64,000 bases of DNA. It comes from an uncultured delta proteobacterium (lineage in GTDB: Bacteria > Desulfobacterota > Binatia > UBA9968). This document shows, piece after piece, positions 38,904 to 48,756 of the stretch (positions are counted from its first letter, which is position 1; each line of letters begins with the position of its first letter). A program made the translations under genes and the position numbers. Location: NCBI GenBank assembly GCA_963771465.1, contig CAVYTU010000016.1:32001-96000 (forward strand). The letters run 5' to 3'. The notes below the pieces were generated by a model that saw only the letters and a program-made list of their open reading frames with translations, ran no database searches and was not told where the DNA came from.

Positions 38904-39983
38904 ATGAGCATCGATTACGTCAGCAACCAAGAAATTATTCAGGCGGCGCACCGCAATCTGCCGCAAGATGTTTGGGACTATCTCACCGGCGGCGCAGAAT
39001 CGGAAACCACCATGCGGCGTAATCGCCTGGGCTTCGACAGTTTGGGTCTTCGCCCGCGTGTTCTGATCGACGTTTCCAAGGTCGACACCTCGACGACTTT
39101 CTTGGGGCAAAAGCTGCGTATCCCCGTGATGATGGCGCCGATCGGCTCGTTGCAAACGATCACGCCCGAAGGCGGCGCCGCAGTGGCCAAGGCGGCGGCG
39201 GAGTTTGGCACCATGAACTTCCTGAGCTCAGTGACGCAACCGACGCTCGAAGAGGTCGCCGCCTGCACCAATCATCCGAAAATTTTTCAGCTCTACATTC
39301 GCGGCGACCTCGATTGGTGCGCGGAAATCGTTGGGCGGGTGAAGCAAGCCGGCTACATCGCGCTCTGTCTTACCGTCGACACGGCGCACTACAGCCGGCG
39401 CGAGCGGCCGTTGCTCAACCGCTGGCAGCCGCCCAGCCGACATCGGGAGAGCGGGCGCATCTATCAAGCGATGCTGACTTGGGAGGTGGCCAAGGAGATC
39501 AAGAAAATTGCCGGCATGCCGCTGATCATCAAAGGCATTGCCACGGCCGAAGACGCCAAGCTGGCTGTCGAGCATGGCGTCGACATTATTTACATTTCAA
39601 ACCATGGCGGTCGGCAATTGGATCACGGCCTCGGCACCATCGATACGTTGCCCGAAATCGCTGCCGCCGTGAACGGCAAAGTGCCGATCGTGCTTGACGG
39701 CGGTATCACCCGCGGCACCGATGTCGTAAAAGCCTTAGCGCTCGGCGCCAGCGCCGTCACTATCGGCAAGCTTCAGGGCTGGGGCCTGGGCGCCGGGGGC
39801 CAAGCTGGACTGGTGAAAGTGCTCGAACTCCTCGAAGAAGAGATCACCATCGATATGGCGCTGCTAGGAGTTACCCGCGTCGATCAGCTCACCTCGAAAT
39901 ACGTTTGCAAAGCAGCGCCGACAACCTTCGCCCACGAGATGAGCGCGTTTGTGCATATTCCCGGCGGCGGGCAGTTGCGCTAA
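38904..39983 (+). CDS. FMN-dependent alpha-hydroxy acid oxidase/dehydrogenase
   Basis: YLTGGA, FQLY, LTVD, IKGI, SNHGGRQLD, DGGITRGTDVVKA; AAGGAG RBS before ATG 38904. Confidence 0.92.
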   Translation: MSIDYVSNQEIIQAAHRNLPQDVWDYLTGGAESETTMRRNRLGFDSLGLRPRVLIDVSKVDTSTTFLGQKLRIPVMMAPIGSLQTITPEGGAAVAKAAAEFGTMNFLSSVTQPTLEEVAACTNHPKIFQLYIRGDLDWCAEIVGRVKQAGYIALCLTVDTAHYSRRERPLLNRWQPPSRHRESGRIYQAMLTWEVAKEIKKIAGMPLIIKGIATAEDAKLAVEHGVDIIYISNHGGRQLDHGLGTIDTLPEIAAAVNGKVPIVLDGGITRGTDVVKALALGASAVTIGKLQGWGLGAGGQAGLVKVLELLEEEITIDMALLGVTRVDQLTSKYVCKAAPTTFAHEMSAFVHIPGGGQLR

Positions 39984-40261
39984 TGCGGAGCAGTTTTTCT
40001 TCCCGAATGAGTAATTGAGCTAGCCCGCATTAGACGAGCCACTCCTCGGGGCTTTGTAACTTTTCGAGGTGTCGCCAAATGCAGGCTAGCTCAGTTACTG
40101 CTTTCTCATCAGAAGGTAGTGTCCTACTTCAAAACTTTTCCCATTCCAGCTCCTTTTCCCGCCGTAGAATCCGCTCCGGCATTGGTATGGATTCATCAGT
40201 ATAGTCAGTTGCAGGATGAAGGCGGTACGCTGACGGTTCGTCTCGCTTCCCGGCTGACCGG

Positions 40262-41446
40262 TTATTCAAACTTCTCAAATGGCAGGCCGACATAATTTTC
40301 AGCAAACACAGTTCGCCCGGCATCGGATGAGGTCAGGTAATCAAGCTCGGAAATTTGTAACCGTCTGCCCATAGGATCATCGTCGAATTTGTGCAGAAGC
40401 GATGTATACCACCAGGAAAAGCGGACGGCTTTCCAAACGCGGCGCAGGGCTGTTTCCGAATAACGATCGAGCAAGTCATTTCGTTTTTCTTTATAATAGG
40501 CGCGCAGGGCGCGGGAGAGAAAATAAATATCCGAAGCCGCAAGGTTGAGTCCTTTTGCGCCTGTGGGCGGGACGATGTGCGCGGCATCCCCAGCCAGCAA
40601 GAGCGAACCAAAGCGCATGGGTTCAGCGACAAAACTATGCAGCGGCGTGATGCTCATTTCGAGACGGGGACCCGTTGTAACGGAATCAGCGGCATCAGGA
40701 GGAAGGCGGCGGCGCAGTTCATCCCAAAAAGCGCCGTCGCTCCAATTATCCACTTTATCTCCCGTATTACATTGCACATAGTAGCGACTGCGGGTGTGGG
40801 AACGCATACTGCACAACGCAAAGCCTCGTGCATGGTTGGCATAGAGGAGTTCATCCATGACCGGTGGCACATCGGAGAGAATTCCCAGCCAGCTGAACGG
40901 ATACGTTTTTTCAAAAGTCTTGATTTTATCTGCGGGAAGGCTCTGACGTGCAACGCCATGATAGCCATCACATCCTGCGACAAAATCGCAGACGAGTTCC
41001 CGGCGTTGGCCGTTTTGCTCGTATAGGATTCGTGGGGAATCCGTATCGCATCCTTCCACGTTGATGGCTGGCGCGTCGTAGTGGACCGTTCCCCCTGCCT
41101 CATCGATGTGCGCTTTCATCAGGTCGTGAGTGATTTCGGTCTGGCCGTAGACCATCACAACTTTTCCATTCGTATGTTTGGGAAAATCAAGCCGTTCCAG
41201 CCGGCCGTCAAAGGCGATATTAATACCCTCGTGGATTAAACCCTCGCGATCCATACGTTCGCCCGCTTTGGCTTCCCGTAGCAAATCCGCCATGCCTTGT
41301 TCAATTACGCCAGCGCGAATGCGACCTAGCACATAGTCGCGGCTGCGGCTCTCGATGATGACCGTGTCAATCCCTTGCAGATGCAGCAATCGTGCAAGCA
41401 GCAGGCCCGCTGGTCCTGAACCGATGATTCCAACTTGAGTTCTCAT
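40262..41446 (-). CDS. pobA: 4-hydroxybenzoate 3-monooxygenase
   Basis: GSGPAG, YVLGRIRAGV, VYGQTE, GCDGYHG, GFALCSMRS, GDAAHIVPPTGAKGLNLA, AENYVGLP. Confidence 0.97.
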   Translation of the reverse strand: MRTQVGIIGSGPAGLLLARLLHLQGIDTVIIESRSRDYVLGRIRAGVIEQGMADLLREAKAGERMDREGLIHEGINIAFDGRLERLDFPKHTNGKVVMVYGQTEITHDLMKAHIDEAGGTVHYDAPAINVEGCDTDSPRILYEQNGQRRELVCDFVAGCDGYHGVARQSLPADKIKTFEKTYPFSWLGILSDVPPVMDELLYANHARGFALCSMRSHTRSRYYVQCNTGDKVDNWSDGAFWDELRRRLPPDAADSVTTGPRLEMSITPLHSFVAEPMRFGSLLLAGDAAHIVPPTGAKGLNLAASDIYFLSRALRAYYKEKRNDLLDRYSETALRRVWKAVRFSWWYTSLLHKFDDDPMGRRLQISELDYLTSSDAGRTVFAENYVGLPFEKFE

Positions 41447-41585
41447 GCTTGTTCCTGTCGCTTATTCATTGCCAAGCCCGGGATTTTTCAACATTCCAAT
41501 TCCGTATCTATCTCTCCGCCCATGCTCGGCAAGATCATTGGGCTGGTCGGCCCATTCAAGGTGTTGCGATATTTTCCAAAGAAAA

Positions 41586-42812
41586 TTATCTGGCTCTACG
41601 ATGGATCGATGCCATCACCTGCTCGACGATCGCGTCGGCGAACTGCGGATCGTTAATGTGGCAGTCGAATTCGGTTACCGGCACGGAAGCCGGCAGGGCC
41701 TTCTTCAGCGCTTCCGAGAACACCGGGCACAGCGACGGATCGTGCAGATGACCCTCCGGGCTATCGTGGTGCGAGAAGCCTTGCAGTGGCACGAAGAATG
41801 AGACCGGCCCCTTGGCGCTGGCGATCAGGCCACCCATGTGCTTCGCCAACTGCTGCAGTTCGGCAGCCTCCGTGCGCACCGCGGTAATCGCCTGGTTGTG
41901 GATGTGATAACGCTTGCCCGGGAATTGCGTCTTCGCCATGTCGATGGGTCCGGACAGCATGAAGTCCGCGTTGCCCGGCGCGAAGATCACCGGCACCCCC
42001 TTCTCGAGTGCCGCTTTGGCACGGTCCGGGCCGGCGCTGCACATTCCGTTGTTCAGGTAATCGTTGATCTCGACCAGCGACACGTCGACGACTGCGGCGA
42101 CGTCGCGCTCGCGTACGATCTGGTCCATCGCCATGCCGCCGGTACCGAGCGTGTGGAACACCATCACCTCGTAGCCCTTGCGCTCCAGCGACTTGCGCAC
42201 GCGCACGGTGCAGCGATCGGTGGTGCCGAGCGTCGTCATCGCGATCAGTGGCTTCGGTTCGGTGCGCACCGGCGAATAGCTCTTCGCCATCGCGGCAGTG
42301 GCGATCGCCGCGTTGCGGAACGCGTCGCGGGTGATGCTGTTGAGCCCGGCGATGTCGCATACCGGGTTCACCATGATGATGTCCTTTGCGCCGACGAATG
42401 GCCGGGTGAAGCCTGATGCCATCGTCGACACCATCACCTTCGGCAGGCCGTAGGGGAACGCCTGCATTACGACGCTGCCGAGCGTGGTGCCCATCGATCC
42501 GCCCACACCGATGATGCCGGCAAAGCCATGTTTCGCCTGTGCGTCCAGCGCGCACTTGACGGCGCCTTCGATCATCACCGCCTGGCACTTGCCTTCATGA
42601 CGCAGGTCGCGAACCTCCTGGATCGTCTTGCCGGCCGCTGCGGCGATGGCCTCCGGCGCGATCTCGACGTTCTTATCGGTCGACTCTCGGATGCTGGCGT
42701 CGAGGTGAACCACGTCCACCCCTTCGGCCTCCAGGGTCTGCCGGATGAATTGCGCTTCCAGCGCCTTGGTGTCGAGCGTCACGATCATCAGAACCTTGGG
42801 TTTGCTGCTCAT
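41586..42812 (-). CDS. Tm-1-like ATP-binding domain protein (UPF0261)
   Basis: TLDTK, GGSMGT, GLPKVMVSTMASG, DIAGLN, VFHTLGTGG, HINDP; AGGAG RBS. Confidence 0.9.
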   Translation of the reverse strand: MSSKPKVLMIVTLDTKALEAQFIRQTLEAEGVDVVHLDASIRESTDKNVEIAPEAIAAAAGKTIQEVRDLRHEGKCQAVMIEGAVKCALDAQAKHGFAGIIGVGGSMGTTLGSVVMQAFPYGLPKVMVSTMASGFTRPFVGAKDIIMVNPVCDIAGLNSITRDAFRNAAIATAAMAKSYSPVRTEPKPLIAMTTLGTTDRCTVRVRKSLERKGYEVMVFHTLGTGGMAMDQIVRERDVAAVVDVSLVEINDYLNNGMCSAGPDRAKAALEKGVPVIFAPGNADFMLSGPIDMAKTQFPGKRYHIHNQAITAVRTEAAELQQLAKHMGGLIASAKGPVSFFVPLQGFSHHDSPEGHLHDPSLCPVFSEALKKALPASVPVTEFDCHINDPQFADAIVEQVMASIHRRAR

Positions 42813-43008
42813 GGCCTGTCTCCTGTCGAATGAAAGTACTTCAAATCGCCGGCGCCGACGATAATCGGTACCGACACCTCGTATCGGGAAAGCTGGTCTT
42901 ATACAACCTTGATCGGCTTGAGTGGGCAGGGATCAACCTTGGCTTGAGGCTAGTAGAGCAGTTAGGGTCTACCATCGGAATTTAGCAGGTAGCAGGATCT
43001 AAAAGCCC

Positions 43009-43134
43009 GTAGTAAATGCCCGCGATCAATTCATCCGCGAAGCCGTGTTGCAGCAGGGTTCTCTCGCTTCGCAGGTCGCCAATTTTCTCCATTGCCATCC
43101 ATCCAACGTCAGCCGCGCGCTGCAAAAGATTTAG
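43009..43134 (+). mobile_element. Probable transposase remnant (C-terminal HTH of a Y1/REP-associated tyrosine transposase)
   Basis: Hand translation VVNARDQFIREAVLQQGSLASQVANFLHCHPSNVSRALQKI*, HTH-like; in-frame stop just upstream; followed by CAAGTC..TCTGACACC; family assignment from recall. Confidence 0.5.
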
Positions 43135-43361
43135 TAGACTTAGGCAAGTCTTCTCTGACACCACCGCTGCCAAGACACCACCGCTGCCACCTTCGCTCAC
43201 CGTCGCAGACCCTGCCTCACCCGGATGATGGGGCAAACACCTTCACTCGGGTTCTCAAAATTCAGCAATAGACCTAATGGAGACGCCAGACATCGATCGG
43301 AATATCGTACCAGGGCTGGAAAAATCTCATTTGGATGATAAAGAGGACGGGGAGACTTCTT

Positions 43362-43736
43362 ATGGAAATTTGCGAGCGCAACACCGCGGACATTGTTACT
43401 CTAAGCCTATCCGGAAAACTGGACGGGACGACAGCGAAATCGTTTGAGGAGAAAATTCTGACCCGAATAGATTCGGGCGACCGCCGCTTCATCATCGATG
43501 TTTCGGAGCTCCATTATATCAGCAGCGCGGGCCTGCGCGTATTCGCCCTTGCGGGCAAGCGTCTCAATAGTGCGAACGGCAAGCTAGTGTTGTGCGGTTT
43601 TAAGAAAACGATTCCCTACAACACCCTGAACCGTATCCCGGATCCAGTCAGAGAAGTGTTCGACACATCCGGGTTTTCGTTGATTTTTCCCTCTTACGGC
43701 TCCCACGACGATGCAATCGAGGCACTTCAAGCGTAA
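43362..43736 (+). CDS. STAS domain anti-sigma-factor antagonist
   Basis: LSGKLD, IDVSELHYISSAGLRVF, VREVFDTSGF; GGAG RBS. Confidence 0.9.
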   Translation: MEICERNTADIVTLSLSGKLDGTTAKSFEEKILTRIDSGDRRFIIDVSELHYISSAGLRVFALAGKRLNSANGKLVLCGFKKTIPYNTLNRIPDPVREVFDTSGFSLIFPSYGSHDDAIEALQA

Positions 43737-43794
43737 ACATGAGTGCTTTACAATTCAGATCCGATCCGCCGCCTCAACAACTTTCACCTAAGGA

Positions 43795-45174
43795 ATGGGC
43801 CGACACCCAGAGAGCGCGCAAAAAGGCGTGATGCTCAGAAATTCTATTGGCAGGTGGTTGCCCAGCCTCGAGGCATGCCGACCGGGTTGGATTCTGACCA
43901 CCGGCTCTCTGATCATCACGACTGTTCTCTGGATCGCCGGCCGATTCCCGGGGGGGATTCTGCCTGGCTTCTGGCCGTGGCGCGGGCTCGCTCAGCTCAC
44001 CGTCTTATGGTCGGTTACTCTGATGGCAATTGCCATGCTCGCGGTCGTTCGCGCTCACGCGCTGGAGCCCGTTTTTGGCGGTCTCGATCGCGCGGTGCGC
44101 TTCCATAGAATCCTCGGGCCATCGGCCATCCTGCTCTTGATCGCACACGTCATTTTCCTGGCTCTGGTACAACTTGAAGGCGGCACTTCTATCGGCAACG
44201 TGTTCATCCCGTTCTGGTCGGAGTCGGCGCGTTCGACGGATGTCATCATCTTCTATTTGCTTTTGCTGCTTGGCGGCCTTGCCTATGACCGCCGCATGAG
44301 CTACGAGCGCTGGCTGTCGGTTCATCGGCTGACCGGCCTGGTTTTTCTCGGCGGCGCGGCGCACGCAGCCATGGAACCCGGAACCATCGCCGACTTCGAG
44401 CCGCTGAGAACATGGATCGTGATTTTAGTCTTGGCCGGTGGAGCTGCGTGGCTCTATCGAGTCGTGCTGTTCAGCCGGCTTGGACCGCGCTATCGCTACT
44501 GGCTCGAGACGGTCGTTCCACGCGGCGTCAATATCATCGATCTTGTGATGCGCCCAGTCGACCGGCGTATGATTTACGAGCCCGGCACATTTGTTTTTCT
44601 GCGCGTCCCCGATATGGAAGGGCAGCAAAAAGAACTTCATCCTTTTTCGATCTCCTCGTCGCCGGTGGAGCGGCGTCTGCGCTTGTCTATCCGGACAGTC
44701 GGGGGTTTCACGCGCCGATTATCCTCGCTCGATCTCGGGACGCAGCTAGACGTCTACGGCCCGTTCGGCGGCTTTACTTCCCACCGTTTCGCTCATTTTC
44801 GCCGAATTGTCTGTATCGGCGCGGGCATTGGCATCACGCCGTTCCTCGGTATGCTCGCTTTTGAGCTCAGCAATCACGATTTCCGGCGAATCTGGCTCTA
44901 TTACATCGCCCGCGACGAGCAGGACGCGGTCTATGACTCGGAAATCCGCGAGAGTTATTTGGAGGCGGAGTCGTATATTGAATATGAGCTATGGCTAACA
45001 GCGCACCGTGGGCGGATCACCGCAGCCCAGGTTGCAGCGGACATTGCGCCCTTGGACGACTATGCAGTGATGTTGTGTGGTCAGCAAAGTTTCATATGGG
45101 ACATCGCCCGACAGTTCCGGGCGCTCGGTGTACCGCGCGACCGGATCATCACCGAAGAGTTTGAATTCCGATAG
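43795..45174 (+). CDS. Ferric reductase-like TM domain plus FAD/NAD(P)H-binding domain (bacterial NOX-like flavocytochrome)
   Basis: Two bis-His pairs (RFHRILG/IAH, SVHRLTG/AAH), HPFSISS, GPFG, GAGIGITPF, LCG, EEF; start may be 43828 or 43831. Confidence 0.88.
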   Translation: MGRHPESAQKGVMLRNSIGRWLPSLEACRPGWILTTGSLIITTVLWIAGRFPGGILPGFWPWRGLAQLTVLWSVTLMAIAMLAVVRAHALEPVFGGLDRAVRFHRILGPSAILLLIAHVIFLALVQLEGGTSIGNVFIPFWSESARSTDVIIFYLLLLLGGLAYDRRMSYERWLSVHRLTGLVFLGGAAHAAMEPGTIADFEPLRTWIVILVLAGGAAWLYRVVLFSRLGPRYRYWLETVVPRGVNIIDLVMRPVDRRMIYEPGTFVFLRVPDMEGQQKELHPFSISSSPVERRLRLSIRTVGGFTRRLSSLDLGTQLDVYGPFGGFTSHRFAHFRRIVCIGAGIGITPFLGMLAFELSNHDFRRIWLYYIARDEQDAVYDSEIRESYLEAESYIEYELWLTAHRGRITAAQVAADIAPLDDYAVMLCGQQSFIWDIARQFRALGVPRDRIITEEFEFR

Positions 45175-45233
45175 GGGTTGAAATGATCGATTCAATCGCG
45201 CAATCCTGGTTAGTTTTTAAACAAGGAGCGGAA

Positions 45234-45575
45234 CTAGCCCAAGCTTTTCAATGCCTCATCTTTGGAACCAAGGATAGAAAAAATGGAAAAGAACCCCACG
45301 ATGTCAAAGACCTGCTTGACCGGTTCCTGTAAGGAGCAAAGGACAACTTTACCCCCGGCTGGAGTTAATCGCTTGGACGCGACGAGAAAAACCCTGAGCC
45401 CCGCGCTGCTGACATAGTCCAACCGGGAAAGGTCGATAACGAACTGTGTCTCTCCTCCATCAATCACCGCAAGGACTTTTTCCTCAAACATCTTCGAGCT
45501 GACGGCGTCGAGCCGTCCTTCGAGACCGAGAACAAGAAAACCGTCTTTCCTCTCTTCGTGGATGTCCATGGTCAC
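45234..45575 (-). CDS. STAS domain anti-sigma-factor antagonist
   Basis: LEGRLD, DLSRLDYVSSAGLRVF, VKQVFDIVGF; GTGA overlap with the upstream gene. Confidence 0.92.
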   Translation of the reverse strand: MTMDIHEERKDGFLVLGLEGRLDAVSSKMFEEKVLAVIDGGETQFVIDLSRLDYVSSAGLRVFLVASKRLTPAGGKVVLCSLQEPVKQVFDIVGFFSIFSILGSKDEALKSLG

Positions 45576-47527
45576 GCCTCTTTCACTTTCAATTTCATAG
45601 TCAGAATGTTTTTGTCGTTCTGCCTGCGATATTCCAATTCATCGATCAACTTGCGCACGACATGAATTCCCAAACCGCCTATCGGACGCACTTCCAGCAA
45701 TTGCTTCGTGTCCGGCTCAGGGACGTTTAACGGATTGAACGGCCTCCCGTCATCCTCCACTTCAACGGTCAATTTTCCTTGGTCCAGTGAGGGACGAACG
45801 ACAATAATATGCTCTTCGGCGTCGTCGTAGGCGTAAGAGATAATATTGGTCAGAATCTCGTCCAACGCAACCTTCACGTTGTGTGAGGTTTCCGCGTTTA
45901 ACCGGTGGCGCCGCCCAAAATCATCAGCGATGCGGGCGAGTCGCTCAATTTCCGAAAGGTTGTTTTTGAGCTCGACGACGATGGTTTCGCTCGTCGTTTC
46001 CCCTGCGGTCAGCAAGTATTTCAAAGTCAAGGCGGTGATGTCGTCGGATTGAGGAGCGCCGCCAGAATGGTTCTTTACCTGATCCACGGCGCCGCGAATG
46101 ATCTCCGTTGCCGAGGAGCCGTTAGCTTGGTGTAAAAACTCCGCCAAACAAGGCTCGGAAAATTGATTTCCTTCCTCATCCATCGCTTCGGTCACGCCGT
46201 CGGTGTAAAGAAAAAGTCCATCCCCCGTCCGAAGCACGATTTTCTCCGTCCGATAGGTCACACTCTCGGTAAAACCAAGGGCCATCCCTCCGGTATTTTT
46301 CAAAGGCGCAGTTTCACCATGGCTGATCAGGTAAGGAAGATTGTGGCCGCCGTTGCTGTATTCGACCTCACCCGTGCGAATATCCAAAACAGCACAAAAA
46401 ACGGTGACGAACATGCATGTATCATTGTTCTGGCACATCTCGAGATTCAACAGAGACAAAATGCTATCTGGCCTGCTCACTTTGCTTGCGGTGGTCCTAA
46501 AAAGGGTCCTGGTGACGGCCATAAACAAAGCTGCGGGGATGCCTTTACCGGAAACATCGCCGATAGCGAAACAGAGGTGGTTGTCATCGATGAAAAAGAA
46601 ATCATAAAAGTCTCCGCCCACTTCCCGCGCCGGAATCAAAGTCGCGTAAAGGTCGAACTCGGGCCTGTTCGGGAACGGGGGAAATGTCTTCGGCACCATA
46701 CTCATCTGGATGTCGCGGGCAATTTTCAGTTCGCTTTCAATGCGCTCTTTGGCTGCCGTCGTCTCCTTCAGTTCTCTGACGGACTGCCTTAGGGCGATCT
46801 CCATCGTGATGAAAGACTCCGCCAGTTTGCCGACCTCATCATGGGATTTTTGGGGCAAGTGGTCGATGTCGGATGGCCCGGTTGCCGGTTCCGAAAAGTC
46901 CTGGGTCGCGAGTTTTCCAGCGTGGCCCGCGAGCTGTTTGAGTGGTTGAGAGATTCGGTTCACCAACGTATACGCGGCCAGTACGCTCAATAAGAAAATG
47001 ACAAACATGAGCCCCTGCTGGGTCGCCACAGCAGACCAAATGCGCGAACGGATCAATGACCGGTCCATGCCCACATGCACGTATCCCGCGACACCCGCCA
47101 GTATCGGAAGGGCAACATCAAGAAAGTCTCCCGTTCCTTCAATGCTGAGGTCGTTGATTGCGGCGGCGCCGCTAACGGCTTGAGTTCGAGTTCGCCTCTG
47201 AAGTTCCAGAACATCACCGGGCACGGTGGGAACAAAGGTATGAGTTACGGCCTCGCCTTGGCCGTCGAAGACGATCACATAAGAGACTCCCTCGATCTCA
47301 GTGAACTGATCTACCACGGACTGGATCGTCGACACATCCGCATTCAATAACAGTTCCACGCTCGAATCGGCGATGCTCTTGGCAATCGCCACGCCTTTGC
47401 TTTGATACTCTTGGGTAAGATTACGGTAAAGGTTCCAGCCCGAGAGAATCGAGGTGGCGGAGGCAATGATGCCGAACAAAACAACAATGAGCACAAGGGT
47501 CTTGGTAAAGAGGCTCGCCCGGGTCAT
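45572..47527 (-). CDS. Membrane sensor: periplasmic domain-HAMP-SpoIIE(PP2C) phosphatase-HATPase (RsbW-type kinase) fusion
   Basis: Two TM helices, HAMP (DEVGKLAESF), GGDFYD, GDVSGKG, YTDGVTEA, DDIT, then DEILTNIISYAY, EDDGRPFNP, GGLGI; ATGA overlap at 47524-47527. Confidence 0.92.
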   Translation of the reverse strand: MTRASLFTKTLVLIVVLFGIIASATSILSGWNLYRNLTQEYQSKGVAIAKSIADSSVELLLNADVSTIQSVVDQFTEIEGVSYVIVFDGQGEAVTHTFVPTVPGDVLELQRRTRTQAVSGAAAINDLSIEGTGDFLDVALPILAGVAGYVHVGMDRSLIRSRIWSAVATQQGLMFVIFLLSVLAAYTLVNRISQPLKQLAGHAGKLATQDFSEPATGPSDIDHLPQKSHDEVGKLAESFITMEIALRQSVRELKETTAAKERIESELKIARDIQMSMVPKTFPPFPNRPEFDLYATLIPAREVGGDFYDFFFIDDNHLCFAIGDVSGKGIPAALFMAVTRTLFRTTASKVSRPDSILSLLNLEMCQNNDTCMFVTVFCAVLDIRTGEVEYSNGGHNLPYLISHGETAPLKNTGGMALGFTESVTYRTEKIVLRTGDGLFLYTDGVTEAMDEEGNQFSEPCLAEFLHQANGSSATEIIRGAVDQVKNHSGGAPQSDDITALTLKYLLTAGETTSETIVVELKNNLSEIERLARIADDFGRRHRLNAETSHNVKVALDEILTNIISYAYDDAEEHIIVVRPSLDQGKLTVEVEDDGRPFNPLNVPEPDTKQLLEVRPIGGLGIHVVRKLIDELEYRRQNDKNILTMKLKVKEA

Positions 47528-48756
47528 TTCTCCCACCCCTGCCAATCCGACAGCGGAACAAACCGGTCACCTTTCATTGTGGTGTAATAGACCTTGTCCA
47601 ACCCCTGATGCAGATGCGGTCCGAAAGTGACCGGCGCATCGATTCCCAAATCGGCACTATTCATGCTTTCGACGATTCCTTTAATGCGGCTTTTTGTTGG
47701 ACCTGGTCCCATTCGTTTTAGGACCTCAACGAGAAGTTTTGCGTTTAGAAAACCCTCGAAACTGACATAGCTATATGGCAGCGGCGTATAGCCCGCTTCC
47801 GTAAGATCTCGAGGCGGGAGTGGTTGGTATTTTCGCATCAGTTGCCGATATTCCTGCACCGCTGGTAAAGCGGTATCCTGATAGCTGGGCACCACCTGCG
47901 AATTGATGAGATCTTTCTTATAGTCCTTGCCCGCGGTCCGACTGCTTTGAAGCAATAGCTCAGCCATGCTCTCACTGCCGACAAAGGAGAGATTGGCGAT
48001 AGGTATATTGAGCCCCGCGTCCCGCGCGTCTCTGATAAACGCAGCGCAGACGGCGTAAGACCCGATGGATATAACAGCATCGGCGGACGATTTCCTGATG
48101 AGATCGACTTGCGCTTTGAAATTCTGAGAGTGTTCGGCTCCTCTCCGATAGGTCGCCTCGCCGACCATTTTTAAACCGAACTTCGCCAGAGCTTTCTTGA
48201 CTCCGTCCCATCCGCTTCTTCCATAGGCATCGGCTTGATAGAAAACCGCGATCCTGCTTCTGCCGGCAGACACAAAGTTGTCGACCAACCCCTCGGTTTC
48301 ATCGCTGTACGAGGCCCGCAAATTAAAAACATATTCGCCGTAAGGAGGCTGCCTGAGGGGCTCGGCTCCGGTAAACGGAGAAAAGAGATAGACGAACTTT
48401 TCTTTGTAGCTCTTTAATAGGGGCAGGATCCGCGTCACTGTCGGGGTCCCGACATAATTGAAAAGTAGAAAAGCGTTGTCTTGCTCAATAAGTTTTATGG
48501 TGTTTCGAATAGCAGGGATGGGGTTATATCCGTCATCGTAGGCCTTGATGACGATCTTCTGGCCGTAAATTCCTCCCGTTCGATTGACATGCTCGAGGTA
48601 GGCGGTCGAACCTCGGTAAAGCTCGATGCCGAGGCCTTTAGAGGGACCGGTAAATGCCGCGGACATGCCGATCACGATGTTTTCAGCAAGAAGTCTCGCG
48701 GGAAGAAACAAGAGAAGAATCAAAAAAATGATCGGTCGAATTCGATTGTCACTCAT
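47524..48756 (-). CDS. Type I periplasmic binding protein (LivJ/branched-chain-like)
   Basis: Signal peptide, IGMSAAFTGP, YDDGYNP, VGTPT, FNLRASY, YQADAYG. Confidence 0.9.
   Translation of the reverse strand: MSDNRIRPIIFLILLLFLPARLLAENIVIGMSAAFTGPSKGLGIELYRGSTAYLEHVNRTGGIYGQKIVIKAYDDGYNPIPAIRNTIKLIEQDNAFLLFNYVGTPTVTRILPLLKSYKEKFVYLFSPFTGAEPLRQPPYGEYVFNLRASYSDETEGLVDNFVSAGRSRIAVFYQADAYGRSGWDGVKKALAKFGLKMVGEATYRRGAEHSQNFKAQVDLIRKSSADAVISIGSYAVCAAFIRDARDAGLNIPIANLSFVGSESMAELLLQSSRTAGKDYKKDLINSQVVPSYQDTALPAVQEYRQLMRKYQPLPPRDLTEAGYTPLPYSYVSFEGFLNAKLLVEVLKRMGPGPTKSRIKGIVESMNSADLGIDAPVTFGPHLHQGLDKVYYTTMKGDRFVPLSDWQGWEK

Noticed and set aside
40129-40323. Short ORF ending YTDESIPMPERILRREKELEWEKF
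   Set aside because: The tail looks protein-like and could be a gene remnant, but I cannot assign a family and its start overlaps pobA
42982-43236. 84-aa minus-strand ORF
   Set aside because: Antisense to the more convincing HTH remnant on the plus strand
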